In this document: in pieces, positions 1-12,834 of the stretch
Layout: each line of letters starts with the position of its first letter
Position numbering within the stretch: position 1 is the stretch's first letter
Source: Fimicolochytrium jonesii
Taxonomy: Eukaryota
Direction: 5' to 3'
Length of the DNA stretch: 64,000 nt
Assembly: GCF_025526975.1 (NCBI RefSeq)
Contig: NW_026515681.1
Span: 372,001-436,000 of the forward strand
Position numbers and translations under genes: made by a program
Notes under the pieces: generated by a model
Told to the model about the DNA's origin: nothing
What the model saw: only the letters and a program-made list of their open reading frames with translations
Databases searched by the model: none

Positions 1-890
1 TTTCGACGCCAGCATGGGCGCCGTGTCGGACGAGCTGCCTTCTTTGGCTGATGCGGAGAGAGTGGTATCCTTCTGTAACGAGCTCTGAGAAAGACCGGCC
101 TCCTCCTTCAAATCTGGCAGATCCACCGATTCGACTTGAGGGGCTGCGGTCGCTTGGGCCTCCTTCACAGCCCCCTCTCCCGTCTTGAACAGCACCTTTC
201 TCCGCTCCTTGATCTTTTGCACCCACAAAAGCTCCAACTTGAAGTACTCCATCCATAGCTTCTTGCTCTCCGGGTTGATACGCAACCCCCGCTGCAACAA
301 CACCCGTGCGCTCGACATATTGGTATTATCCTCGAACTCCCACGCGGCCGCCATGATCCAAAACACATCGTAGGTCGGATGCAGCTGGATTGCCCTCGCA
401 AACACCTTCCCCAACGCCTTTGAACTCCGGCTCGCTCTGCACCAGTCGAAATACTGAATCCACAGCGTCAGGTCGCCTGCAAACCGCTTGAGCATTTTGT
501 CGTAGAGGCCGTGTATCCGCCGTGTGATAGAGTAGTCGGAGAGACCGCTGGTTTTGATGCCGAGTTCGATCTCCTGTGCTGTTGGCGGTTTGTCCATTCC
601 CAAGCGCTGCTTTCGTTTCCTTCGTAACCGTTCCAAATTCTCTTCGTAGGCGATATAGCGGAGGAAATCGGCTTTAAGGGGGATGATACGGTGCACTCGG
701 TATTCGTGCGTTGTCCTCTGCTTCACGATCGCTTTTATCTCGTGCTGTGGACGGCCTTGAGGGTCAGCTTTTCTGGCGAACCATGAATTGGACTCAGTCG
801 CCCACATACCGGTTGGAATATTCCCCTCTCCTGCAAGTCCTCTAACTCCGGGACCATCTTCTCCAGGTGGTACTGCACCTGTTCCGCCAT
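1..890 (-). CDS. UTP6: U3 snoRNA-associated protein 6 (HAT repeat), 3'-truncated by the window edge
   Basis: ATG at 890. Exon 1 MAEQVQYHLEKMVPELEDLQERGIFQP, GT-AG intron 809..745, exon 2 HEIKAIVKQRTTHEYRVHR...DFLRYIAYEENLERLRRKRKQRL. Matches the Utp6 N-terminal domain. Absent from the ORF track because it is spliced and runs off the edge. Confidence 0.93.
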
Positions 891-1030
891 GCTGAGTGGC
901 TCGCCTGTTCAGGGCCTGAAATGCGAGAGTGCTTTGTGTTTGAGAAGGACGTTTGAGTGCAAGTGCTGAGTTTTTCGCAGGAGCCCTTTCGCTACTAGAA
1001 ACACACAAGCGTCGGATTAAATTTCCAAAG

Positions 1031-1158
1031 CACGTGAAAAATATGTGAAGGCAGAAAGCAGATTAAACAACTATGCATTGACATGAAAAACCCTCTAGAG
1101 GCCGGCACGGAGCACAGACCAACAACGTCCTTCTTTCCTCACACGGCCAAATCACGTG
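1031..1158. promoter_or_regulatory. Two CACGTG E-boxes upstream of UTP6
   Basis: CACGTG at 1031-1036 (overlapping an RRPE-like TGAAAAATAT) and at 1153-1158. Confidence 0.4.
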
Positions 1159-2685
1159 CAAACTACTACACTCAATTTAAATCGGTGGTCACAAATCACA
1201 AGCCGCGCACATATCGCGTGACGGATTCAGATCGGGGGGAACTTGTGCGCCATCTCCGCTTTCGGCCTTCTGCAGAGGCGAATGGCAAGTTGGCAACCGT
1301 GAGGAGAGATGAGAGGGGTGACACTTGCAATGAAGCTGGCCCACCGGCGAGGGCGTGGGGATATCTGCGCGTCGTGGGACGCAGGCAGAGGATTGGGGGC
1401 CAGGTGAAGCCCACCCCGAAACCCCCCGTCGATCTTGGGGTGCCGCGAGTGACTCATGGCTGTACGCGGGCCCATGAAACGAATGAATGGATGGATGCAC
1501 ATGCAATGATGCATATATACGAGACCCGTCCCACAAACACCATCCAACCGCTGTTCGGGCGGCGATCAGAATCAGAATACGTAACCTCAGAGTTGGCTTG
1601 ATTCATCGAGTGGGTTTCGGGGCCGAGAGCCGGATTTCGAAGCGATCGATGCTGTCCACGGGGATATATATGTGCCAAGCATACCAATGGCAAGCCGTTT
1701 TGGCCGAGTCATCCTTGTTTACGGGCGAGCAAATGGGGTAAAGTTAACGTTTTGGTGGAGCTGTGCACTGTGGGAACATGTATGTGAGGCTAGAGATGTG
1801 AATCTGCTGCAAGCTGTTCGTCAGCGGTCATCGGTGGATCACCGACACATGGGCGCGAAATCTCCACCGACCCGATGAGGGGATCAAGATTCAAAAGATA
1901 GATTTTGTCTAGCCCTTCCGTTTGCCCCATTCGCATGTGTGTGTGCGAGCCCATGCGCACGCTGATTGTGCGCAAGCAGGGTTTCACAGAGAAAAATCAG
2001 AGTTATGACATGAGAAAATTACGCTTCGGCATCAGGACTATGATGAATACTACAGTATACAGCACAATCGATATCTTTTTTAGTTGCCCTAAATATGATA
2101 TGGTGGGCACGACAGACTTCGGTCGGCCCTGCTCTTTCGTCCCGGACCCATCACCTGGCCTTCCGGAACACGAACCCTTCAGAACAAGCCTTCCTGGGAA
2201 CAGCGTTCCCATCTCTTTACGTTGAATCAAGCCAGCCGGAGCCAGAGCCAGAGCCTGGACCCTCTTTTGGCAAACAACACCACTCTTTTAGTCGATACCG
2301 CCGATTGTGCCTGTTATTGTGCTTATCCGCCCGCGCCTATCACTTCGACGCGTATTTGTTTGCAAAGGGGTCTTTTCACGCACACAAAGGCTTCGCAAAC
2401 TTCCTTTGCTCACCTCAATTCCGAGCAGGGGGTTCACCTTATTTGTAACCGTCGCCCTGGTTCCTTCTTGCCCCCCCCACTGACCAACAAAGGGGGACCC
2501 GCCGCTGCTGGCAAAACGTACTATCGAGGGGCGGGCGCAGCGGAATCGAGAAAAAGCTACCGTCGTCCGGAGCACTCGGAGGAAAGACACATTACCCTTT
2601 TGGGGGAGACACCGCCATTTTTCTGAAATTGAAGCATACATTTTTTCGGCCGACCCTCGACCAGGTATGGTAGATACCGCCCGAA

Positions 2686-2704
2686 TGAAAATTCTCGAAT
2701 TTCC
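2686..2704. promoter_or_regulatory. Heat-shock element candidate
   Basis: tGAAaaTTCtcGAAttTCC gives three perfect alternating nGAAn units plus one degenerate unit. It lies inside the imperfect palindrome 2681..2710. Confidence 0.45.
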
Positions 2705-3250
2705 ATTCGGTCATTCGGACGGGACATATTCCCCAGGAGTATCCACTTACGGTTAACCTTCTAAGGTCAATTATCGCATTTCCATTCAGGGATTAGGAAA
2801 AACGGAACTCGCTAAGCCCTCGCAAGGCGCGCCAGGGCAGTCTAGACCGATCGAAACCTCCTCGGACACAGAACGCATCTACCCCATTGTTCGCAGCACC
2901 ACATCGCTGCACGCGTTTACTGTTGACGGATTAGCCCTGCGGGTGACACTAGATTCCAGCCTACCTTTTTAGCTGTGCAGTCGAGCGTTGGAAAGCGTTC
3001 GAGGCTTCATCACAACTTACGGGCATTCCTAGCCCGTGTTCTCGACTCCAACCAGCCATCGCCGCCACGAGCGGGAACGGTGATCTGGCCAAACAACGTG
3101 CGATCGTCGATCTGTTGGACCGCCTAAGATCTTCAAGGATACTTGAACCCCTCCCCTCCTGCGCAGAGTGTCTAACATTTCGGAGCCATCGGCCTCTTGA
3201 AAGCGAACCCTGTGCCTGACTTTGTACTTAAAAGTACCGTCAAATCACCC

Positions 3251-3310
3251 ATGCACGCGGACTCGTCAAGCCTGCGTTCTCGCCTATTCCACGATACCAT
3301 TTCACTATAG
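3251..3310 (+). other. Candidate uORF1 (19 aa) upstream of the NRG1-like gene
   Basis: ATG 3251 to TAG 3310, MHADSSSLRSRLFHDTISL. It may lie at or before the transcription start. Confidence 0.35.
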
Positions 3311-3859
3311 CGAAAAACCCTCCTCCCTTTACGCATTCGTCCGTAACGACAGCGTGCTCGGTCAAATCAGGAAATCAAACCCCTTCCGACGATCCTTTTG
3401 TGACCCCCGGCTCAAGTGCAGACGCATTTCGGTGATCTCCACATCCATCGGGCTCGGCCATACCGCCTGCCACTTAACCCGTGGCCCTCCACAGCTACAC
3501 CTCGGCCTGTCGATCTTGCAGAGCTTTCCCACAATCCTTCGGCCATACATCGACCCTTCGTGCATTGTACCTACCCAAAAGCATACCCTTCGGCGGCTTC
3601 TGCCTTCCACATTCCTCGTAGTTCCGACACTTCGACGAGGCGCGACCTCGACCCTTCCATACGTTGAAAGCTTGACGCGTGTTTCGCCACGTCAATCGGG
3701 CAGTACTATTCGGCTTCTCGACGTCGTCTCCACGCTTCGTGCCGAACAAGTCCCCTGCCTCCACATTAGCACCTTCCCCGCTCTTGACGAAGTGAATATA
3801 AGCGAACCCATCACGGTCGTACGAATCAGTTTGTTTCCCCCGAGACGCGTCAGCGTTAC

Positions 3860-3913
3860 ATGCGCACCTCGCCTTCGCGGACAGCCGACCTGTGTTTCGA
3901 CCATCCAGATTGA
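3860..3913 (+). other. Candidate uORF2 (17 aa) in the NRG1-like leader
   Basis: ATG 3860 to TGA 3913, MRTSPSRTADLCFDHPD, out of frame with the main CDS. Confidence 0.45.
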
Positions 3914-4162
3914 TCCCTTCGAAGGAGCGCCTTCCTCACTGCAAGCCACACTCATCCTATCCCTCATCCGCTATCCCTCATCCTATCCCTTGAGGTAATG
4001 CATACCTACTTCCAGTTCGTCTTCGCCCTTTGAATGCATCCTCCGTCGGGATCCGTCGGCAAAGTTGTTGTACAGCAGACGTGTCAGTCAGATTCTGATC
4101 CCTCCTCCTGATCTCTCCCCCCCATCCTTCCATGTAGACATACTCCGCGGACGGAAAGGGCC

Positions 4163-6342
4163 ATGACTTCGCGGACGACATCACCGCCGGGCCTCGGTGC
4201 GCCCATCCACATGTCGCCAAGTTTTCCCATCACCGCCAACGATGGCGGCAACAGCTTCTGGCGTCGGCCACACGGTGACGTCCCTTCCGGCACGGCATCG
4301 TCCGGTAGTCTAGACAGCCCGTACTCATATGCGGACCGCGGGACAAGCCGATCCATCTTCCCTGCGCGTGCATCCGACGTCGAACCGCCGCATGCGTTGA
4401 AGGTGTATGAGCAAGGCACCCTGAATTCATCGTACATCCCAGCAGCAGCAGCAGCAGCAGGGTCGACGTCGTCGTCCTACCCGGGCCAATACCGGAACCC
4501 GTACGCGCCGTATGATCATCAGTCGACGAGCAAAGGCGGCTTCACCTGGCAGCAGCATCAGCAGCAGCGCACATCCACACCATACCCGTCGCTGCAGGGT
4601 CCGCCGTCATTGCTTCGGACCCCGCTGGCGACGCCTACAGAACCGCAGCCGCATCAGTATGTCGGGTACTCGCAGGCGGCCCCGTCGCAAGCACATTCGG
4701 CGTACCGGTTCCCGCAGGAGTTTGCATCCCAGCCGCCGCCGCCGCAGCAGCAGCAAACAGCCTATATGCAGCAACCAGCGACGGTGATGGCCAAGCACAC
4801 GCAGCAGTTCTATGGCAGGTCGGCGCCGTCGGCGGAATGGCAGGGTCCGGCGGATCCAGACCTGGCGTTCCGTGCTTCGCGGCGAGACTCCGCGGGGTAC
4901 ATCCATTCGCAGGATGGACGATCGCCGGTGAAAGGTGGCGGTGCGGCGGCCAAGTCGATGCCGAGGGGCAAGGAGAAGGATAGTCGTCGGTTCGTGTGCA
5001 ATGTGGATAATTGTAACAAGACTTTCAATACTTCGTAAGCAGACTCTCTCTGAGATTGTGATCGATGACAGCATCTCATGTCTCGCGTTGAGAGGCATAT
5101 TTGGAAAAGGTTACTGACTTACTTCTTTCTCTTCTCCTTTATAGAGGTCATCTAGCCCGGCACATCAAAACCCACAGCGGCGAGAAGCCCTTCAGCTGCC
5201 CCATCGGCGACTGCATGTCCCGGTTCTCCCGCCACGACAACATGCTGCAACACTATCGCGCACACACCCGCAAACTGCGTCTCGCAGCAGAAACAATCGA
5301 CGGCGCCAACGGCCAGCGCGGACTCGCCAGCCCGGAACTGACACCCTCGTCGGCGGGCGAACACAACGGCGCGCCTTCCAAACGCTCGTCAACATCAGAT
5401 GGCGTTCCGAACGCCAACGCCAACTCGGGAGCAGCGATGCCCGCCCTGGTCACCCCCGCGAGCTCCACAGACAGCGTCAACACCGACCCCGCGGCGTCGT
5501 CATTTATACCCCCAACAGGCTACGCCTCCGCGTCCAACGCGCTGACCAACGCAGTCTCGGCCCTCGTGAACACCAGCAACCCGCCCCGTGCCGCCGGCAT
5601 GCCGCGCCGCATGTCGACGCCCGTGCTCATGTCCTACGGCAATTACGCGGATGAGTATGCGCGGCAGACGGGTGGCGGGTGGATGAACAATGCGCCTGCG
5701 GCTTCTGCGGCTGCTTATGCGAGTGATCCCCGGACGGCGCAGACGGAGATGCGCAACCCGGGTGGTGCTGTGTACTGGGGCGGGGCGGTGTATCGCGGCG
5801 ACGGCGGGCCATTCCCAGGTCAGGAACCGACCGGGCGACGAGGGGCAGAGCCAAGCCGCGGCCGCTCCATGTCCTTCTCCACCGTCTCCGCCAACGTCCT
5901 CCAACCCAACCGCGAGCAGACCGTAGCCGCCGACGGCCAGGAGATGTGGGCGTACCCCATGAACGTCGGGACAACAGGCTCAACCTCCCGAATCGTCCCT
6001 CAATCAACCGACACCTGGCCAAACACCGCCACTCCGATGCAATCCGACCCCCACAACCCCGCTCATTTCGCCCCACCCTACGAATACCGCACCTACCGCG
6101 GCGACCCGGCCCCCGACCCCGCCGCAATGGACGCGCTTGCCCGCCGCCGCGCTTCCATCCACGTTATGGGAACACAGCCGGCGGCGGCGTCGCCTGTATA
6201 CCCGATGCGGTCGCCGATGGCTGGGAATAGCACGCCGGGGGTGGTGGGTGAGCGAGCGGTGGCGCCGACGTTGACGGCGGGGTTTTCGGCGTACTCCATC
6301 GGAGGCGAGGCGAGGGGGGTCGAGGAAGGGCAGTTCCGTTAG
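4163..6342 (+). CDS. NRG1: Two-finger C2H2 transcription factor, Nrg1/Nrg2-like
   Basis: Intron 5035..5144 joins FVCNVDNCNKTFNTS|GHLARHIKTHSGEKPFSCPIGDCMSRFSRHDNMLQHYRAH. TSGHLARH and RFSRHDN-LQHYR are Nrg1 signatures. Flanks are Q/P/S-rich and disordered. An upstream intron is predicted at 3995..4137. Confidence 0.85.
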
Positions 6343-6549
6343 TAGTTTTCCCCCGCTGGATATTGCCGGGGGTGTGTGTGTGTGATTTGTACAATTTCCC
6401 CTCTTTTTTTTTTGTGTTTTTTGGACGACCCCCCCTTTCGTTTGACGATACCGGCGGAACAAGTGCGGAGGGGGGAGCCGGTCTTTCTCAACGGGTCGCC
6501 TCTCTCGTTCTTGCGTTCCCAACCAACCCAAAACCTCATTCAGTGAAAG

Positions 6550-6912
6550 CCCCCCCCCCCCCCCCCCCCCCCCCTCGCGCGCGCCACACATCTCGAAAGA
6601 AAAGCTTAGGCCCCCCTTGTACTTTCCCGGATTACCCCCGCAACGCCCTTTTCGACGTTCCCCCCCCCCCCCCCCCCCCCCCGCCCGCCCCTTTATCGCA
6701 AGACATGTTGGCCCCTTTGTGACTTACCTCCTCCCCTCCCCCAACCCGGGTTTTCGCATGGATCTGTCCCATCTCTGCTCTTCCCTTCACATCCGATGCA
6801 TGGGGGATCCGACGCATGGGATCCGATGCCGATGCATCCGAGGGCGGAACACGAAACCAGGACTCTATACCTTCCCTCCCACCCTTTCTTTTCCCTTTGA
6901 CCCCCCCCCCCC
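6550..6912 (+). repeat. Poly-C tracts downstream of the NRG1-like gene
   Basis: C25 at 6550-6574, C23 at 6660-6682 and C12 at 6901-6912. Confidence 0.9.
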
Positions 6913-7717
6913 ACTGGTGTTTTTTTGAAACTCTTTTTTGTCTCGTTTCTTGTGTATACTTGTTCTTTTGACGTTCGTTCGGTTTGGGTTGGGGGAAATG
7001 AAACGACAAAAACCAGTTTTTTCTGCTTCGAGTTGGGTGGATGGGAATTGGACCATCGCCCCTATATCATGGGGGGCTGCATTTATAGATGCATATGCGG
7101 GGTAAGGTTGGGCTGTTGCGCACGCGATGGGGCTCGCAGACACCCAGGACGCGTGGGTTCGCGCTTTCGGACTTCCCGTCGCACACGCGCCGGTCAACGA
7201 CCCCGAGGAGGTGGGAGCGTTCCAGAGCGGTGGAAACTCGAAGAGCAGAACGCTGTTCACACCACCAGGAGAGACGCTTTTACTGTAGTACAACGTCAAG
7301 CGTTTCGGCAGTCTGCGCAATATCCAGATCCAGCTTCACTTCCTGAGCTATGCCGGATGCCAGGAACCGTAAAGGCCAATGATGGAGGGAGGCGTTCGCG
7401 GTGCAAAGTGTCATTTGTGTGCCGTACTGTGAACGGACAAAGGCTTTATGTACAAGGGAACACCACATTGCGCACTCTCGCTCGATACCACATCCGTAAT
7501 CTACGCGTTCAAAAGAAGAATTTGGGGGGAGCGGGTTGGGGGAGAGCTTGGAGGCTGGGCTCTCCCCATAGGGCAACAGGGGGAGAGGTAAAGGGGACGG
7601 AGAAACTCTGGAGGAATCATGGAGACCGACGGTTTTTCACTTGGAGTGTAGGATTGCACGCATGTATGCGCAGAGATCGAGAGCCGTAATGAACCAAAAT
7701 ACATCCGTTCATGGCGT

Positions 7718-8801
7718 TTATGAATGTGCGTATTTGGCTGTCCAGTCGCGGGCTGTGTGAGAGTTGGGAAACGGTCAAGAGTCAGTATCAATGCACACTT
7801 TGGTATCCAGACTCCATCGAAATAAACCCCTACCAGTAGCAATCGCATCCTTCTCATTCTCCTTCCAATGCTGCGCGACGTCGTTCGCCAGTGGGTCGTC
7901 CGGGTTGGGCGCCGACAGGAGAGCTTGTATGGACAGGAGAACTGTGCGGATTTGGAGAGCGGGCGACCATTTGTCTATGTGTGGGAGGAAACAGGGTTGG
8001 CGATTAGCGCATCGTCACATGCGTTGTCTTTCATGGATCATTACCCTTCAAGATGTCCAAGCAGATACGCCCCAGCTTGTCGATATTCGGGTGGTAAATC
8101 TTTGTCAAGAACCGCACTTTTGGTGGTGCCATGGGGTACTCCTCGGACAAGAACAGTTCAAGCTTGAAATCTCCTCCTGGAAGTCGGAAGAAACGATCAT
8201 CGCATGAGTTCCGGAACAAATTTCAGTACGGCTCCATTATTTTCATTTTCATAGCGCCATGGCAGTCCACCGCGCCTTGCGATCCGAAATCCTTGATGCC
8301 TTCAGATCCTCAAATCCGGGTCCATCCTGTTCTTGTCCTTCCCATCCTGCCCACCACCGTCCGAACCAATTTCCCCCTGCTCGTTCACACACCTTCGAAA
8401 GGGGACTGCTGTGGCCCGGAGATAACGACATCAAAGTAGCGCAGATTATCGTCGTGAGGTGTAGCGCTGATACCCGGTGCTGGCTCGGCCATCAGCCGTT
8501 CCGTTTCCTGTTTGTGGTGGGGGATGGGGATGTTAGTAGACATTCGGACGTGATCTGTTTTACCGTCGTTGTCTGTTTCTTAGTTCAATTATAGGAACCC
8601 CTGAAGCAGGCCAGGTATCCAGGTATCGCCGAGCAGGGTATCCCCCCACTCCGAAAAGGACCTCGAACAGTCACATCTTGGAAACCACCACGACGGCCAC
8701 CCGAACCATCACGGAGTGCAGGCTCAGTCCGGCCTCCTGCATTCCCACCACCTCCAAACTATTTTGTTTCTCACCTTGACAATACGCTTTGGAAGAGCCA
8801 T
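7718..8801 (-). CDS. UBC13: Ubiquitin-conjugating enzyme E2 N (Ubc13)
   Basis: Five exons: MALPKRIVK | [38 protein letters not shown] | [44 protein letters not shown] | [47 protein letters not shown] | [11 protein letters not shown]. Confidence 0.96.
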
Positions 8802-9188
8802 GATTGTTCGTGTTGCGGTTGAATTTGGAGGAGTGGGTGGCTGTTCGGAAGGTCCTGTCTATCTGTTGGGCGTGGGAAGATGGGCAGGCGGGTCGTCCAC
8901 ATCCGCCTCATCTTCTTCAAAAAGCACATATAAATGGAGCCGCTGGCACGTGACAACTTAAACTCGGCGTGGGTGACATCACCCGCTTCGCCCCTCTTCT
9001 CCCTCTTGGCCCCCATGTCTTCTTTAGGTGGCAAAAACAACCCTCGCAGCAGACACAGACAGATTGGACAGATTGGAGAGCCAGTGGCCCTCAACGGCCT
9101 CTTTCAGCTATCGCAACTCGCAGTGCTGTACAAGAACTCAGCAAACCCCCCTCCGGACCCAGTGGAGATCACTCTTTACCACCCCAAG

Positions 9189-10791
9189 ATGCCAGTCGCC
9201 GCACTCTTCCAAACGAAGCGCCCTTCTTACGCGAGACACCGCTCCCTCTACCTCGTCTCCTTTGTCCTGGTAGTACTCCTCTGCCTCGCCACCCTCTCCT
9301 TCACCCCCGCGCACGCCGCCAACACCCGCAGCAGCCGTGCGAAAGACCGCGTCCTCGCCTCGGACATCCAAATCCTCACCCTCTACAAAAACAAGTACAC
9401 AACCGGCAAGCGCTCCCGCCCCGTCCCCCAGCTCAAATGCACCAACACAGGCATTGAGAAACCCCTCTGTAAAGACCCCGCTGCCCTACCAGACGTCGTC
9501 CAATGCCGCCAGGTCGGACTCAACGCTGCTGGTGAACCCCAGTGGAAATGCGAGGCGGAGCTGGAGGATCTGTATAAATTTGGGACGACAGATGTGACGT
9601 GTGAGGGGTATGATTACCCCGAGGACCCGTATGTGCTGGTGGGGTCGTGTGGGGTCGAGTATACCATTTTGAAGACGCAGAAGTGGTTTGAGAGGGAGCG
9701 TGACCGCGGGGCAGGGAGGGGCAGGGAAAGTTACCGTGCGTCCGACGACTCCGGAAACTCATGGTGGGATACCCTCTTCGGCGCCTCCCACTCTCCTTCA
9801 TCACCCCACTACGACCCGTACCCCGAACGAGCGACGCGGGAGCCCAAAATTACCCATTGGCTGCGGTCACTACTACCCTTTGGACTGGGAGCGCTGATCC
9901 CGGACTTTGGATTGGACCCGATCGCGTGGCTGGGATTGAGGCACAAGTTTCCGTTTTCGCTGATTTTTGGAAGTGGGGCCGGGTATCGGGGTTATAATGA
10001 TGATGACTGTGAGTTTGTGGAGTAAGTTGGGGGTGTTTCTTTGGTGGTGGTGATAATGGTGGGGTGTGTGCCCCCCAGTTAGAACGTGTTTTCCTCCTAT
10101 CTACTTACTCATCTATCCTTTCGCTTTCTACTCCCTTCCCTTCTCCTGCGAACAGCCTCATACGCACATTCCAACAAGACGGGCTTCAGCCTGCCGCGTC
10201 TCATCTGGTACATTGTCTTAGGACTCTTTATCTATAGGTGAGTCTTACCCCCTACCCTCCCTCCCATCCCCGCCCCTTCCTCCTCATAGTCATACCTCTC
10301 TCTTCACGCACAGTGTTTACCAATTTTGGTTCCAACCCCGCCGACCCACGCAAGCCGGACGTCCCAATCGCGGGTCTGGAGGTAACGGCGGCGGCGGCGG
10401 AGGCGGCCGCTACGACCCCTATGACCACACCCCCGGAAAGGACGACGGCACCTACACCCCCCCACGCACCGGCCGTACCGGCACAGGCAGTTTCTTCACC
10501 TCCCCCCTCTTCACCCTCGGCCTGGGTGCGCTACTCGGAAACATGCGGAACCGCAATCGCCCTTCAGCGCCACCCTCATCCTCATCGTATCGAAGCAGTC
10601 GAAGAAGCAATGTGGACGAGGATGATTATGTGAGGGATGATAGTTGGGCTGGCGCGCGGGCGAGGGGGAGGGGTGCTGCGTCTTCTTCTTCCTCCGGGTA
10701 TCCGGCGTCTGCGTCCGGATCGAGTTCGCGGGCGAGTGCGGGGGAGAGCGTGAGGACGACCGCGGGGTATGGGTCTACTAAGCGGCGGTAG
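9189..10791 (+). CDS. SARAF: SARAF/TMEM66 (DUF1183) homolog
   Basis: Signal or anchor segment, then LTLYKNKYTTGKRSRPVPQLKC...VVQC...QWKCEAEL...VTCEGYDYPEDPYVLVGSCGVEY, a TM exon near 10160-10237, and C-terminal TTAGYGSTKRR*. Introns at about 10010-10155 and 10238-10313. The start codon is uncertain. Confidence 0.9.
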
Positions 10792-11062
10792 TTTGGGTGT
10801 GAGAGGAACCGATGTAGGGTTGTAATGGAGGCTGCGGATTGTGTATTGGGCCTCCACATTTTTTTGCGATAGGGATATGCCCTCCCTTGAAGTAAAGTAA
10901 CAGCGATTGGATACAAAGGGCGTTGCACGCATCTGCGTACGTGACGATTTTTCTACCACACAAGTGTACGCCTTCCCCTCAACTACCCCTGGCGATGAAG
11001 TATTTGTTGTCCGAAAGTCCCACCTTACTCCGCCATGTGTTCCATATCTTGATGTGTTTCAC

Positions 11063-12375
11063 CTATACTATATTAGATTGTACTACTGATCTCATCCTAC
11101 AACTACTTCCCCCCATTCTTCTTCAAATGCTCGTCCAACAACGCCGTGACGATCTCGGGCTGCTCATCGACTACGAAATGGCCGCAGCCGGGGATAGATG
11201 CCACTTCGATGTTGGGGAAGCGGTTCTGCAGGCCTGCTAGATTCACCTCCTGTGTGGGGGGCAGAGAGACACAAAAAAGTTGTCAACACAAAATCGCATG
11301 GAAAACACATCCCCGATGCAATTCCAAAACCCTACCATATCCAACGCCGGATCCTTCTCCCCCCAAACCACCAACGTCGGCACCTCCACGACCTCCCTCC
11401 ACTTCAAGTCTCGCCCCCTCGCCGCATAGATCGCTCTGTAATAAGTAACCGCCGCGCGCATCGCCCCGGGCACCATCAACGCCGCGCGGTAAACCACCTT
11501 GTTCTCCCCCACCCGCTCCGTCTGCACGCCCTCAAACGCCCCGTCAAAGAACCGGTCCCCGCCGTCGCGCGTGTACAGCCATTCCGGGATCGCAGGGATC
11601 TGGTGGAGGAACATGTACCAGGACATCCACAACTGGTGGGGTGTCATGTTGGCGTTGAAGGTTCTGAAATGCGGGGCGTTGAGGATCGTGAGTGAGGAGA
11701 GCGTGTCCGGGTGGATGTGCGCGTATTCCCATGCGATTGCGCCGCCCCAATCGTGCGCGACGAGATGGAATTTGTCGTGGCCGAGGTGTTTGACCAATTC
11801 CCGGACGTCTGTGACGAGTTCTGTGATGTGGTAGGGGGAGATACCCGCGGGTTTGTCGGAGAGGCCGTAGCCGCGCATGTCGAGGGCGACGCAGGTGTGG
11901 GTGGCAGTGAAGTGGGAGAGGAGGGGGGTCCACATGTACCAGCATTCGGGGAAGCCGTGGAGGAAGAGGAGGAGGGGGCCGGTGCCTTTTGTGACGTAGT
12001 GGAGGGTGACGTTGTTTACGGTTGCTAGTTCGTGTTTGCCATAGCTGGTATGATTTTATCACAGTACAATTAGAATCCTATTCTCTCCAGGAATAACGCA
12101 TAAATTACCCCTTACCTCTCATCTTCACACAACTCCCTCATCCCAACCCCCTGCACCTCCCTCCCCACCTCCGGCTTGCCCAGAATCACATCTCGTACAC
12201 CCAACGCAAGCCCGCCCAGCAATGTCCGAAAACTGAAGACGGGCACGAGGGTGAGATTGATGACCGCGCGGAAGATGCTGATAGAGTAGATGGATTGAAA
12301 GAGCCGGTTGGGGATGCTGAAGCGGTGCGTTAGGGCCGGGTGGGTGCGGGTGGGCGTTGGGATGGGTTTGGGCAT
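11063..12375 (-). CDS. Alpha/beta-fold epoxide hydrolase (EPHX3/4-like)
   Basis: HGFPECWYMW oxyanion motif, DMRGYGLSDKP, nucleophile motif AHDWGG, VVWGEKDPAL and last-exon GCGHFV catalytic His. Two introns. Confidence 0.88.
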
Positions 12376-12834
12376 CGTGACGTTGGGAGATGCTGTGGAT
12401 GCCTGTGGACGGTCGATTGTGAACCCTGAAGGTGGGGAAGTTCACTGAGCAATACGTCCAGGTGTCGTCGCTACCTATATATACGCAGAGTCCATACACT
12501 ATGTACATACAGTACAAGCAGAGGCTGCCGATCAGCACTTCTGGAGTCCATGGCGAAAGCGGAGCGGCGGAAACTCCCTGGTTGACGCGTGAGCGTGCGT
12601 TCACGTCCACGTCACTTCCAAGTTCCCAAGCAAGCGCGACTCCAACACAGACGAAGACACAGGCGAACGAACGCAAAAGATATACCTTGCTCTGTGCAGA
12701 TTACATCGCCTCAGAACCCCATATCCATTAAACACCCCCAAAACCATACGTCCATCGAGTAAAAAACCGCACCCAAAAAACCCATTATGCTACATATATA
12801 TACAATCATACGCCCAATACGCCGTCCAAGCCCC

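Noticed and set aside
1083..1601. 172-aa ORF upstream of UTP6
   Set aside because: No recognisable motif, and it overlaps promoter E-boxes. Likely chance.
6925..7689. 254-codon ORF between the NRG1-like and UBC13 genes
   Set aside because: TTG start, R/G-rich low-complexity translation, no domain, and it lies in convergent 3' regions.
8934..9188. Upstream in-frame ATGs for SARAF
   Set aside because: They fall in the divergent promoter shared with UBC13 and would displace the signal segment. 9189 is preferred but unproven.
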